Positions 9,036 through 18,408 of a stretch of DNA of 53,507 bases are shown here, one piece after another. Position 1 is the stretch's first letter, and each line of letters starts with the position of its first letter. The stretch is from a virus. Taxonomy: Duplodnaviria; Caudoviricetes. The notes below the pieces were generated by a model, which was not told where the DNA came from, ran no database searches, and saw nothing but the letters and a program-made list of their open reading frames with translations. The stretch is from IMG/VR virus record IMGVR_UViG_3300031804_000500, positions 1 to 53,507 of that record; one strand, written 5' to 3'. Position numbers and translations under genes: made by a program.

Positions 9036-10077
9036 AGTTTTTAAGTTTGCGATGATTGAATGGCAGGTTGTAATTCTTAATTGCTAACCTTGATGCCATA
9101 ATCACCATTTCTGGTTCGAAGTTGTCCATTATGAACCTAAAGAAGTTATCGGCGTACTTGTCCCACTTGGCCCGATCGTCCTTCTTTGTAAGTTTCTCAA
9201 AACTATCTTTAAGTTCATAACAAAGACTGGTTGCCAATGCATACATAGCACTGACCTCTTTGACTTTAAGTTCCTTAACCTTACCTGACAACACATGTGT
9301 CGGATTAGGCATTTTACCTGCGACCTTCATGTGGTTCTTGAACTTAATTGCCAATCCTTCTCCAACACAACCAGCAACCATGTCAGTTAACAAGTCCTCT
9401 GGAACATCAGGGAGCATGTTACTAACAAAAGTCCAGGACCTAGGAGTAGCAAATGAATGCCCATCTGCTGTTGGATCAAAATCATATAGGTCCTGTTTGT
9501 TCACTGTGATGTAACCAACCACATCGGGTTCTATATTATTGTTGGTTGCCCAATCCAGCCAATCTTCATAGTCGACCCTAACTTCCATATGGAAGAAACG
9601 GTTGGCTAATGGTTTGGGCATTCTATAAGTAACACCTTTATCTGTTTCACGGTTTCCACAAGCGATAATAACCACGTTGTCTGGTAGTGAATAAGTACCA
9701 ACCTTGCGATTAAGAATCAACTGGTAAGCCGCGGCCTGTACACTAGGAGGAGCAGAGTTTAACTCATCTAGGAGCAAAACTATAATGGGCCACTTCTTTG
9801 CCAACTCTGCATCAGGCAGTTCAGTTGGTGGTGCCCATTCCATTTTTTTTGTCTTAGAGTTGAAAAACGGTATTCCCTTAATGTCGGTGGGTTCCCATAA
9901 TGGAAGACGGACGTCTATTAATAGTCCAGTTAATGAATCTGTAATCTGTTGTGCCAAATCACTTTTTCCTATTCCAGGAGGGCCCCACAAAAATATAGGT
10001 CTTTTATGATTGAAAGCATGAAGTATTAAACTTCTTGCTTCTGACAGTTTAACTGTCCTTGTATCTGTTACACTCAT
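8989..10077 (-). CDS. MoxR-like AAA+ ATPase
   Basis: Walker A GPPGIGKS, Walker B LLDELN, LANRF, TPRSW; adjacent to its VWA partner. Confidence 0.9.
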   Translation of the reverse strand: MSVTDTRTVKLSEARSLILHAFNHKRPIFLWGPPGIGKSDLAQQITDSLTGLLIDVRLPLWEPTDIKGIPFFNSKTKKMEWAPPTELPDAELAKKWPIIVLLLDELNSAPPSVQAAAYQLILNRKVGTYSLPDNVVIIACGNRETDKGVTYRMPKPLANRFFHMEVRVDYEDWLDWATNNNIEPDVVGYITVNKQDLYDFDPTADGHSFATPRSWTFVSNMLPDVPEDLLTDMVAGCVGEGLAIKFKNHMKVAGKMPNPTHVLSGKVKELKVKEVSAMYALATSLCYELKDSFEKLTKKDDRAKWDKYADNFFRFIMDNFEPEMVIMASRLAIKNYNLPFNHRKLKNFGEFFERYGKLIQKA

Positions 10078-10125
10078 ATTAGCCTAACTCTCTTATGTGT
10101 GAATGATTGCTTCTACTATTATTAC

Positions 10126-10154
10126 ATTATATGGTCAGACGCTATATGTGTCAA
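10126..10154 (-). promoter_or_regulatory. Perfect-consensus sigma70 promoter
   Basis: TTGACA-N17-TATAAT. Confidence 0.88.
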
Positions 10155-10159
10155 CCGTA

Positions 10160-10234
10160 TAAGTCATTGATTTTAAAAGGAAACCAAAAATAATTATAAA
10201 TGCTTGATTTTGCTAGGTTTTTAAGTCATTGATT
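10160..10234. promoter_or_regulatory. Three IHF-consensus sites
   Basis: WATCAANNNNTTR on the minus strand at 10160-10172, 10197-10209 and 10222-10234. Confidence 0.65.
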
Positions 10235-10250
10235 TATTAGGATTCTCTAA

Positions 10251-10688
10251 TTATTCTCTCATTGCCTTGCACCATACGTTCAAATCCCCATCAAAAAGTG
10301 TGAATTCTTGCTGATCTAGAGCATTGAATACATACAATAATTTCAGGGTTTTTGACTTATACATATGATACGGGCCTGTCAAAAATCGGTCTAAATTCAG
10401 TAAATGATCAGGAGTTACTTTATCGATGCGTAATTCTATTCGTTTATAGTCATAGAATTTTTTCATAAAAGACCAGCCAGCGGATGTCAATCGTACACCT
10501 TTAACAGATTTAAGTCCAGCTAGATTGCCAAAAGGCAGTACTGTCCTATAATTCATAAAAAATTTGTGAGGATCTATTAGATTACCTGTATATGACAAAT
10601 CTAAAGATTTAATTTTTTTCTCAACTTCGTTAATTATATCTATAGGATCAGTTAAAGTTAATGTCACTTTCTGTGATCGTTTCGCCAT
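10251..10688 (-). CDS. Hypothetical protein
   Basis: 145 aa ORF in the gene tiling. Confidence 0.65.
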   Translation of the reverse strand: MAKRSQKVTLTLTDPIDIINEVEKKIKSLDLSYTGNLIDPHKFFMNYRTVLPFGNLAGLKSVKGVRLTSAGWSFMKKFYDYKRIELRIDKVTPDHLLNLDRFLTGPYHMYKSKTLKLLYVFNALDQQEFTLFDGDLNVWCKAMRE

Positions 10689-10953
10689 CTCGTAATTTTA
10701 CAACTGTAAAATCCTTACATTTAAAAAGGTTGTTCAATCTTTCTGCTAAATTGAACGCATGACCTGAATTAGAAAAACTAACTTTTTTGTATTTTGGTCC
10801 AGGGTAGTTGACAAGAGAGTTAAGTGCTCGTAAATTTATAGGAGCATTTTTATAAAATACTGCGTATATAGCATCTGTTTCTAAAACTTGTTCGCTTTTA
10901 TATGTTTCTTTGTTAGTGTAATCTAATAAGATTTTCGGTTTTGGTCTAGCCAT
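10648..10953 (-). CDS. Hypothetical phage protein (MARPKP start)
   Basis: GGAG Shine-Dalgarno; GGTAAATA upstream. Confidence 0.75.
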   Translation of the reverse strand: MARPKPKILLDYTNKETYKSEQVLETDAIYAVFYKNAPINLRALNSLVNYPGPKYKKVSFSNSGHAFNLAERLNNLFKCKDFTVVKLRDGETITESDINFN

Positions 10954-11005
10954 AACATACTCTCCGTATAACTATTTACCATTAAAAGGTAGTATAATAC
11001 GGAGA

Positions 11006-11458
11006 TCATTGCATTTTGTTTATAACTGGACTTTGTGGTGCTTCATTTGTTGGTTCGGGTTGTTCCATATGTGAAGGTAATAAACCAAATGCATATACAC
11101 AACCTATTACTGATTCGTCTAGCATTTTATGTATTTCTATTACAGACCAAGTTCCCGATTCGGGATTAACCCACAGCCAAAGTTCGTGTAAACCATTTAA
11201 TGGGTTGTCACTATCGTTGGGGTTATACATTACACCCCTCCAAACTGCAATCTCACCCCTTTCTCGCAGAGTAGGAACAATCGATTGTAGTGATGCACAG
11301 TATACCTGTCTATATGCTGTGCCACTGTTCGGCGTTGCGTTTGGGTCTGGCTGGCCCGGCGGTCGAATCGATTCGGCAAATACTTTTGGTATTACATACA
11401 TGAATAATAGTAAGGCTACAATTAGAACCAAAACTATTTTAATTTCTTTTCTAAACAT
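11006..11458 (-). CDS. Exported or membrane-anchored protein
   Basis: N-terminal basic plus hydrophobic signal-like segment; two Cys that could form a disulfide. Confidence 0.65.
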   Translation of the reverse strand: MFRKEIKIVLVLIVALLLFMYVIPKVFAESIRPPGQPDPNATPNSGTAYRQVYCASLQSIVPTLRERGEIAVWRGVMYNPNDSDNPLNGLHELWLWVNPESGTWSVIEIHKMLDESVIGCVYAFGLLPSHMEQPEPTNEAPQSPVINKMQ

Positions 11459-11673
11459 TAAAAATCTCCTCCGTCTAAATCGGTGTTTATTATATTAAAT
11501 GCTGTTGTTCGTTCTTCTTTTTTTTCATTTAAATCTGCTAGTAATTCTACTAGTGCAGTACTAATAGCAACAGCATTTTCTATAGGTATGTTAACAACTC
11601 TAGTTTTTGTTTTTGCTACATTGTTAACTCTATCTAAAAAGTCTTCTAAACTCTTTCTGGATGCTCTTCGCAT
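11458..11673 (-). CDS. Hypothetical protein
   Basis: 71 aa, translationally coupled to its neighbours. Confidence 0.6.
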   Translation of the reverse strand: MRRASRKSLEDFLDRVNNVAKTKTRVVNIPIENAVAISTALVELLADLNEKKEERTTAFNIINTDLDGGDF

Positions 11674-12155
11674 TGTTCCTTGTGTCTCATTGCTATAAGT
11701 AAATCATCTTCTGATTTATATGGACCTATGAAGTCATATTTAAATACGGTTTCAAGTTTAGGACAAAAACTTTTAACCCATTTATGTGCAAACCGTAAAC
11801 CAAAATACCCTGCACAATACTTAATAGTACTAGTTTTTGTTTTGGTAAAACAGCAACAAAGTAAAACTGCCGGGTCTGTATATCCTACTTTTTCTTTGTT
11901 ATATATAACTTCAAAGTCTGTAGGATAATCAAAACAGTCTTCTTTATCTGAAGTTGCAACGGCCATCTTTATTTCTTGAAATATATTTTTCCCGAATGTT
12001 CTATACAATGATTCTTCGGTTAATAATTCAGAATTTCCATTTGAAACATATTCGTAGGTATCTTCATTAATAAATCTTAATGTACCTGTTTTTGTACCGT
12101 TGTCTAAAATTATCCAAAATTTCTTTTCTACTAATATTTTTGCTCTAATTGACAT
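11646..12155 (-). CDS. Hypothetical phage protein
   Basis: Likely start at MSIRAK; YCAGY...WVKSFCPK motif. Confidence 0.65.
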   Translation of the reverse strand: MSIRAKILVEKKFWIILDNGTKTGTLRFINEDTYEYVSNGNSELLTEESLYRTFGKNIFQEIKMAVATSDKEDCFDYPTDFEVIYNKEKVGYTDPAVLLCCCFTKTKTSTIKYCAGYFGLRFAHKWVKSFCPKLETVFKYDFIGPYKSEDDLLIAMRHKEQCEEHPERV

Positions 12156-13134
12156 ACTTTGCATTTAGGTACTCTGCATGTTCCGGAACAGATGTACTAA
12201 TCCGTTGTAAATCCCACACTCCACAAAAACGCATGAAATGTAAACCAACGTTTTGTACGGGATCTTTATTAACTACAGTATCTATAGTTTCATTTAAGGC
12301 TTGTTTTATTTCGTCAGGTTGCTGTGTTAAATCTACAAGCATACGATTCCTTTCATAGTCTTCTAATACTCTATGTTCGTTACCTTCATGGTCTACCCAT
12401 CTTTGTAACATAAGATTGTTCCAGTCGAACCCCCTGTTATGTCTGTCAGCAAATGCTTCTATTAATCCTACTTTATTCTTAGATCCTTTTTTACGAACAC
12501 CAGGATAAGCACTAAAGATATTATCAGATGTATCACCTCGCATACATTTTTCGAACAACAACCATTCTGGCTCTGCTAATTTTTTATGCTCGCCCGTTTT
12601 TTTATCTATTAGTTCTTTATTAGAATCATCATAATAACCATCGATGGTTATTATATGTTTCATAATACCATTGTATTGTCTTACGTTGTCGTTTATTAAT
12701 TGATAGAAGTCACTATCTGAACTAACAATAACATGTCTATCTTTTGGATGATTAAAAATCCATTGTGCTATAAAGTCATCTGCTTCACATTGACTATCTT
12801 GTAGCACAGTACAATTTGTTTTTTCTTTAAGAAACGTTTGAAATTCTATAAATGCATTCCAAAAAACTTCATCTTCTTCTTGTTCTTTGGGGGTTAATGC
12901 ATCTCTAACTGCATCTCTATTTCTCTTATAAGGTTCGTACACACCTCGTCGCCAACTGCGACCTTCTAAACAAAATACAACATGGTTACCGTGAAACTGT
13001 TTCCATGCTTTATTAATAGATGAAAACATTATATGCCAACACATACCTATTTTAGTATCTAGCGAATCTCCTCTAACAACATGTTTCGCCCTAAAAAACA
13101 TGTTGGCAGTATCGACAATGATGTAATTAATCAT
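12145..13134 (-). CDS. rnh: T4 RNase H-like 5'-3' exonuclease (FEN/PIN fold)
   Basis: IVD, YKRNR, EADD, SSDSDFYQL and GDTSDNI motifs. Confidence 0.9.
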   Translation of the reverse strand: MINYIIVDTANMFFRAKHVVRGDSLDTKIGMCWHIMFSSINKAWKQFHGNHVVFCLEGRSWRRGVYEPYKRNRDAVRDALTPKEQEEDEVFWNAFIEFQTFLKEKTNCTVLQDSQCEADDFIAQWIFNHPKDRHVIVSSDSDFYQLINDNVRQYNGIMKHIITIDGYYDDSNKELIDKKTGEHKKLAEPEWLLFEKCMRGDTSDNIFSAYPGVRKKGSKNKVGLIEAFADRHNRGFDWNNLMLQRWVDHEGNEHRVLEDYERNRMLVDLTQQPDEIKQALNETIDTVVNKDPVQNVGLHFMRFCGVWDLQRISTSVPEHAEYLNAKYVN

Positions 13135-13492
13135 TTTTTTTATTTTTTTTAAGTTCTTTCTTGTTTAAATCTTTTATTTTAACGACATCTTCATCGACAA
13201 CGAAGTCATCGGCTGATTCTTCTCTAACAATACCTCTACAAACATCTGTAAACCAAGCATTAACTGTTTCTTCAGGACTAGTACCTGTGTAACCATTATC
13301 TATTAACATTTCTACAAATTGTTCATTCCAATCTAATTCAAAAAATCCTTGACTAACATTTTCTTCATTAACATCTACATTTAAAACTTTAACCCAAGGT
13401 TCATTAGAAACATTTGCTAATGCCTTTTCTTTATCTGTACCTTTTAAAGTATTTGCAATTACTTTTTTTTGTATCCAAGTTTTAATACTCAT
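13127..13492 (-). CDS. Hypothetical phage protein
   Basis: Likely start at MSIKTW, coupled to the queE stop. Confidence 0.65.
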   Translation of the reverse strand: MSIKTWIQKKVIANTLKGTDKEKALANVSNEPWVKVLNVDVNEENVSQGFFELDWNEQFVEMLIDNGYTGTSPEETVNAWFTDVCRGIVREESADDFVVDEDVVKIKDLNKKELKKNKKND

Positions 13493-14343
13493 TATGTTCC
13501 CCAATTATTTCCAAATAAGTCTACATGTAATCTCGGCGAGTAACGGTAACCTTTTCTGAGGCATGCTTCTGCAATTTTCGATCTATTTTCCATATACTCA
13601 GCTTCGCACCCACCAACTGGCATGCAATACGTAGGCGCACTAACACCCTTATGTTGGAATTCTTGAACTGCCTTATCAACTTCAACCATATCAGTTTCGT
13701 CAGCGACAACAAACTTGAAGTACATATTGCTACTAGGAATAGAAAGGTAATCCATAGCAACTTCAGGATTGATTGCAATATCCCAAGGCTCACCCGATAC
13801 GGAAAGTTTTGGACTACAGGAAAAAGTTGTTTCGAATCTTGCTTCAGTTGCGAGAAAATTAACGAAATCATCTCCAAGTAATTGTGTACAATTTGTTTCA
13901 AATGTAACATTCTTTATATTCTCCATACCTGGAAGCCTAAATAATTCTGGCCATCTGCGTTGTTGTCCTGGTAATAATGGTTCGCCTCCGGTAATAACTA
14001 AATGTATATCTTGATCGTTGGGCTCTACCCATCTTTTGTTTGGTGTGTATGATAATAATTTTTTTACTACTTCAGTTGTTTCAATTGATGTCGTAAAATC
14101 TTTAAATCGTGCATCCCAACTTGCATAACTATCGCAACCTGTTTTAACCAATGGCAGTTCTTCTAAAGAATTATAATTGTTAGGGTCTACATCTAAATAT
14201 TCTGTGCTTAATTCTCCCTTCGGCATGCCAAAGCCTTGACATGTAAAGTTGCAACCAAACATTCGTAAGAACACAGAAGGAACTCCTACAAACTTCCCTT
14301 CTCCTTGTATACTATAAAAAATCTCCGTATAACGGAATTTCAT
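13492..14343 (-). CDS. queE: 7-carboxy-7-deazaguanine synthase (radical SAM)
   Basis: EIFYSIQGEG, FLRMFGCN, ITGGEP, FETN, SPKL, SPRLH; the Cys motif is split as CX3CX34C. Confidence 0.92.
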   Translation of the reverse strand: MKFRYTEIFYSIQGEGKFVGVPSVFLRMFGCNFTCQGFGMPKGELSTEYLDVDPNNYNSLEELPLVKTGCDSYASWDARFKDFTTSIETTEVVKKLLSYTPNKRWVEPNDQDIHLVITGGEPLLPGQQRRWPELFRLPGMENIKNVTFETNCTQLLGDDFVNFLATEARFETTFSCSPKLSVSGEPWDIAINPEVAMDYLSIPSSNMYFKFVVADETDMVEVDKAVQEFQHKGVSAPTYCMPVGGCEAEYMENRSKIAEACLRKGYRYSPRLHVDLFGNNWGT

Positions 14344-14835
14344 TTATTTTTTCCAACCCTTAAATCCTGCTTCAGGATTTACATAGATTGAACTGTTTTT
14401 ATCGTTTTCACGTGCTTCAACACTAATAACCCATGCTCTACCATTTGTTTTTTTGCGTAGAAACTCGTCTGTCCATTCACATAGATAATGTGCTGTACCT
14501 TCCATTCCTGGTCCCATTGGATGTGTTCTAATTTTACATACACCACCTGCTTCCAACTCTTTAAACAAATGCATATACGGATCTTCTTCATCTAATACTA
14601 AAGTATGATCATACATGTAATCTAAATGTGCTTTTAATTCATCTAGATCCCCATAATCTACTGCAAATCCTTCCTTGCTAAATGTTTTAATACCAAATAT
14701 AAAATGAAAACTTCTGCTGTAGCCATGTATTAAGTGACAATTACCATCATGCCTATATTGTCTATGGGCACAAGGAAAGTTCCAAAAACTTTTCGTTGAT
14801 GTAAAATACTCTTCAAATTCTTTTTCTTTTGTCAT
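14344..14835 (-). CDS. queD: 6-carboxy-5,6,7,8-tetrahydropterin synthase
   Basis: AHR, CHLIHGY, DH and E..KNS T-fold motifs; adjacent to queE. Confidence 0.9.
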   Translation of the reverse strand: MTKEKEFEEYFTSTKSFWNFPCAHRQYRHDGNCHLIHGYSRSFHFIFGIKTFSKEGFAVDYGDLDELKAHLDYMYDHTLVLDEEDPYMHLFKELEAGGVCKIRTHPMGPGMEGTAHYLCEWTDEFLRKKTNGRAWVISVEARENDKNSSIYVNPEAGFKGWKK

Positions 14836-14841
14836 AATTAT

Positions 14842-14869
14842 ATTATACAGTATTTTTGTAGTTTGTCAA
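14842..14869 (-). promoter_or_regulatory. Sigma70-type promoter, probably giving a leaderless queD mRNA
   Basis: TTGACA-N16-TATAAT-N6-ATG with no Shine-Dalgarno. Confidence 0.65.
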
Positions 14870-15187
14870 TTAACTCCAATACAATTTTGCATAAATTAAA
14901 TCTTCGCTACTATGAAACTGTATTGTACAAGGATCATATGCCATGCATTTATAATGTAATGGAGATATTTCATTTTGCTTGGCCCATTTTTCAAATTTTT
15001 TAAATGTTTTAAAACCATCTCTACCATTTTTTGCTTTTAATACTAATTCTCCCTTACCCGGCAACCACTTATTTACATATTCAAATACTTCAATTGGCTG
15101 AGGTAAAATTCCACCGAATGCTTCTTTAATCGGTTCCTCTCCATATATCTCATACATCAACCTCCGTGTTCGAATAAACTTGCCCAA
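14870..15187 (-). CDS. Hypothetical protein
   Basis: Fills the gap exactly; TTG start or an internal ATG. Confidence 0.55.
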   Translation of the reverse strand: MGKFIRTRRLMYEIYGEEPIKEAFGGILPQPIEVFEYVNKWLPGKGELVLKAKNGRDGFKTFKKFEKWAKQNEISPLHYKCMAYDPCTIQFHSSEDLIYAKLYWS

Positions 15188-15703
15188 TTATAGAGTCCAC
15201 CATTCTTCCCAGGGAAATACAATCCAAACATCATCCTCCAGTTTGTTTATTTCTTTACTATAATATGTTACACCTTTAAATTCACTAGATGTATTTTCAA
15301 CAATAACAGCAAATCTTACATTGCCTCCCCATACATTATTCCATTTTTCATCTTTAGGTAAACAATTATTTTGCCAATCGTTTTGTAGATGAAGAAATGT
15401 TGCCCCACTATCATTTATATCATCTACTATAAGAATATTTTTTGCATCAGGGCCACCCCATGCATCTCGTGCCATCCTTATATTTGATTCTGCTCCGGTA
15501 CCGCTTAAATCTTGTCTTAATCTAATATCCAAAGTATACATTGGAAGATTATAATAATGACTAATTAATTTGGCAGGTGTCAACCCCCCTCTAGTAATTC
15601 CTACTATATAGTCAGGCCGCCAGTTATCTAAATTAACTTGCCTACATATTTCATGAGTATGTGCAAGTAGTTTTTTAAAATTTATATACGCTAATCTTGC
15701 CAT
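15188..15703 (-). CDS. Type I phosphoribosyltransferase (xanthine/guanine PRT-like)
   Basis: GITRGG, PRPP-binding ILIVDDINDSGAT, WIVFPWE. Confidence 0.9.
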   Translation of the reverse strand: MARLAYINFKKLLAHTHEICRQVNLDNWRPDYIVGITRGGLTPAKLISHYYNLPMYTLDIRLRQDLSGTGAESNIRMARDAWGGPDAKNILIVDDINDSGATFLHLQNDWQNNCLPKDEKWNNVWGGNVRFAVIVENTSSEFKGVTYYSKEINKLEDDVWIVFPWEEWWTL

Positions 15704-16380
15704 TATCTCATCTCTTGCATTAACGTTAAAAATTCTTTCTTAAGTTCGGGATCGTCTCTAAACACTCCACGCATCACAGATGTTGTCATGTCAGATTCGT
15801 GTTCTTTGACTCCTCTATGTGTCATACACATATGTTCTGCTCTCATTACAATAGCAACACCATCTGCACCTGTTACTTCTTCTACAGCGTCTGCTATTTG
15901 CATTGTCATTTCTTCTTGTATTTGTGGACGCTCTGCAATCCAATGTATAAGACGATTAAATTTGCTTAATCCTATTACTTCTTTGCCTGGAAATACTCCT
16001 ACGTATGCTTTACCTACAATATTTTGGAAATGATGAGCACAAGTACTCCTAATGGAAACAGGACCTGTTATATATAGTTGATCATAATCTGTAGCGTTAG
16101 GAAATGTAGTTATTTTAGGTTGTTCTCTATATCTGCCACGAAATATTTCATGTATAAACATCTTAGCCATACGTTTGGCAGTGTCTTTTGTGTTATGATC
16201 GTTTTCTGTATCAATGATAAGGCACTGTAAAAGTTCCTCTATTTTCATTTCTACATCACGTTCAATACAACATAATTCACTTTCGTTTTGAATATATTTA
16301 GAAATGTTATCGTTACAAAAGAATTTGCCGCCATCTTTGGCTATTCTCTTTTTTATAATCGTTTCTATTGCTTTAGACAT
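15703..16380 (-). CDS. folE: GTP cyclohydrolase I
   Basis: STCAHH, GLSKFNR, PQIQE, HMCMTHRGV. Confidence 0.95.
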   Translation of the reverse strand: MSKAIETIIKKRIAKDGGKFFCNDNISKYIQNESELCCIERDVEMKIEELLQCLIIDTENDHNTKDTAKRMAKMFIHEIFRGRYREQPKITTFPNATDYDQLYITGPVSIRSTCAHHFQNIVGKAYVGVFPGKEVIGLSKFNRLIHWIAERPQIQEEMTMQIADAVEEVTGADGVAIVMRAEHMCMTHRGVKEHESDMTTSVMRGVFRDDPELKKEFLTLMQEMR

Positions 16381-16388
16381 AATATATA

Positions 16389-17480
16389 TTATACACTAGA
16401 AGAGATGGTATTGTAAAGTCTTTCACCATGGAAAAAATGTAGCAAATCATCTGTTTGATCAATTAGACTTTCTAGGTATATGGGATAATTGTCCATTATG
16501 TCTGTTATAACAGAAATTAATTCCTTCTTATGTTTTATATAGTGTTTAAAACTTCTTGTCCATTCTGAAGGATATGTGTATATTTCATTATACATTTCTG
16601 AATAACTTAATCTGTCTGGCACCAAAGGTATGGTATTTACTAATGCACCTTCATAACAAGATATGCCTAATGTTTCTTGTAAATTAGCAGAAAAAACTAT
16701 TTTTGCAGTACCAAGTAGTTCATGGTATTCATCTTTAGTTAATTCTGTATCTTGACACACAATACATTTAAAAGGCAGTTCTTTGGCCAAGTCTCTAAAA
16801 ATATCTACTTGCTTTTCAGGTGCAATACGATGTGGAAAAAGTATTAGATTATGTTTTTCCATATCCTTATATGGCTCAAGTATAGGCTCCATATATTCCA
16901 TAGGCCAACCTGTACGTATAACTTTTCGATTTAATAAATTTCTATCCACTTGCCATTCTTCTGTTTTTAATAGGTTTCTATTAAACATGTTCATATGGAA
17001 TTGTGTAGCAAAATAGTTATGGTCAAATGTTTCAAACATACTTCTTTCTGCTGTTCTAACCCACAGAGCATCTCCTACTAAACGCCCTAAAAAGTCTGCA
17101 GGATCATATGAGCCAGCATGCCACATTCCACCTATTTGAATTTTAATACCTAGTAATTCGGCCATGTACTTTAATTGTAATACAGTAGGATTCCATGCAT
17201 CAGTGTATAAGAAGTAGTCGCCAGTTTTTATAGAACCAATAGAAAACAAATATGAGATTTCTTGCATTTGCTGACTCTTATAAGAGTTTGTTCCAGCAAA
17301 ATTTAAAAACGCTCCTGGATCAGTGGTTTGGGGGACATCGCCCCCTGATATAACCCTAACATCGACATGCTGTTGAAAGTCACCTCCTAGGGCATGCCTT
17401 AACTGTTGTGGTAAATGTTTTTTCCACTGTGCAGTATAACGAGTATCTACTGCTTCTATATCTACAATGTAAACAGTCAT
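16389..17480 (-). CDS. GT-B (GT4-like) glycosyltransferase
   Basis: ILFPHRIAPEK and ETLGISCYE (EX7E), PLVPDRLSYSEM. Confidence 0.8.
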   Translation of the reverse strand: MTVYIVDIEAVDTRYTAQWKKHLPQQLRHALGGDFQQHVDVRVISGGDVPQTTDPGAFLNFAGTNSYKSQQMQEISYLFSIGSIKTGDYFLYTDAWNPTVLQLKYMAELLGIKIQIGGMWHAGSYDPADFLGRLVGDALWVRTAERSMFETFDHNYFATQFHMNMFNRNLLKTEEWQVDRNLLNRKVIRTGWPMEYMEPILEPYKDMEKHNLILFPHRIAPEKQVDIFRDLAKELPFKCIVCQDTELTKDEYHELLGTAKIVFSANLQETLGISCYEGALVNTIPLVPDRLSYSEMYNEIYTYPSEWTRSFKHYIKHKKELISVITDIMDNYPIYLESLIDQTDDLLHFFHGERLYNTISSSV

Positions 17481-17800
17481 GCAACTTCTCTTTCTTTATA
17501 TTTCTTTTTCTTTTTAAACGGCCAATTACTTTTATAAATGCCCACATGGACTTTTATTTTTTTACTTGTTCTGCTTGGTTCTAATTGTATACCCACATCA
17601 AATGTATAAGATGCATTGTCATTTCGTGTATATTCAATATCATATTTAATAATATATCTATCTTTTGTTAAATCACTTAAATATGAACGCATCAATCTAT
17701 TAACTATTTCTGCTGTATTATCTTCCCAAAGAAGACCATCATATGGTTCGGAGATCTTAATAAGATCATACTTTATATTTTGTAAGCCTATGGATTTCAT
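17477..17800 (-). CDS. Hypothetical protein
   Basis: 107 aa, ATGA-coupled to the glycosyltransferase. Confidence 0.6.
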   Translation of the reverse strand: MKSIGLQNIKYDLIKISEPYDGLLWEDNTAEIVNRLMRSYLSDLTKDRYIIKYDIEYTRNDNASYTFDVGIQLEPSRTSKKIKVHVGIYKSNWPFKKKKKYKEREVA

Positions 17801-17804
17801 TTTA

Positions 17805-18194
17805 TTATTCGGCGTTAAGGGTTACTGGATAGATACAATGGCTACCATTTTCGCCATCTTCACCTATGTCTATCCAAATTTCTCTATCAGGATATCTACT
17901 AGAAATTTCCTCATAAAGTTCGTCGGCTATCATTTCACAAGACTTATAGTCTAGTTGTAATGTGCCAGCATACAAGTTTTCTAACCAACGTTTGAATTGA
18001 ATAAATTCAATATCTCTGTCATCATGGAATACTTGTATAGTAACTTTGAAATGGAATGTATGACGATGTGGATATCCTAAAAAGGATACATCGTATTCAT
18101 CACCTGTGGCTAATTTTGGATCATCCAATGCCGCTGGATACTTATGTATACCTTCCTTTTGAAAGGTAACCCATATTAATCTTTTTGTATCCAT
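17805..18194 (-). CDS. QueD-paralog T-fold protein, DpdL-like (candidate CDG decarboxylase)
   Basis: LGYPHRHTF fits LxxxHRHxF; also SCEM and EDGENG; lacks the QueD CxxxHG motif. Confidence 0.7.
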   Translation of the reverse strand: MDTKRLIWVTFQKEGIHKYPAALDDPKLATGDEYDVSFLGYPHRHTFHFKVTIQVFHDDRDIEFIQFKRWLENLYAGTLQLDYKSCEMIADELYEEISSRYPDREIWIDIGEDGENGSHCIYPVTLNAE

Positions 18195-18195
18195 T

Positions 18196-18399
18196 TTAAT
18201 CTTCTTCTAAATTAACTTTATCTGCTTCAAACAGTTTTTCAAATCGTTTCATAATTTTGTACATTTCCCATAACTTCCAATCAATTTGACTTAACATGTT
18301 AAGAATAGGACCTATAGATGAATTGTCCGTATCTGTCGATGAAATAGATAAATCCATAGCTTCAACTGATGTATCTGTTAAATCTATTTTTTTGACCAT
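18196..18399 (-). CDS. Hypothetical protein
   Basis: GGAGG Shine-Dalgarno. Confidence 0.6.
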   Translation of the reverse strand: MVKKIDLTDTSVEAMDLSISSTDTDNSSIGPILNMLSQIDWKLWEMYKIMKRFEKLFEADKVNLEED

Positions 18400-18408
18400 T
18401 TTATCCTC

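Noticed and set aside
10160-10234. CRISPR mini-array or iteron interpretation of the TAAGTCATTGATT repeats
   Set aside because: The repeats are only 13-14 nt with unequal short spacing and no cas genes; the IHF consensus explains them better.
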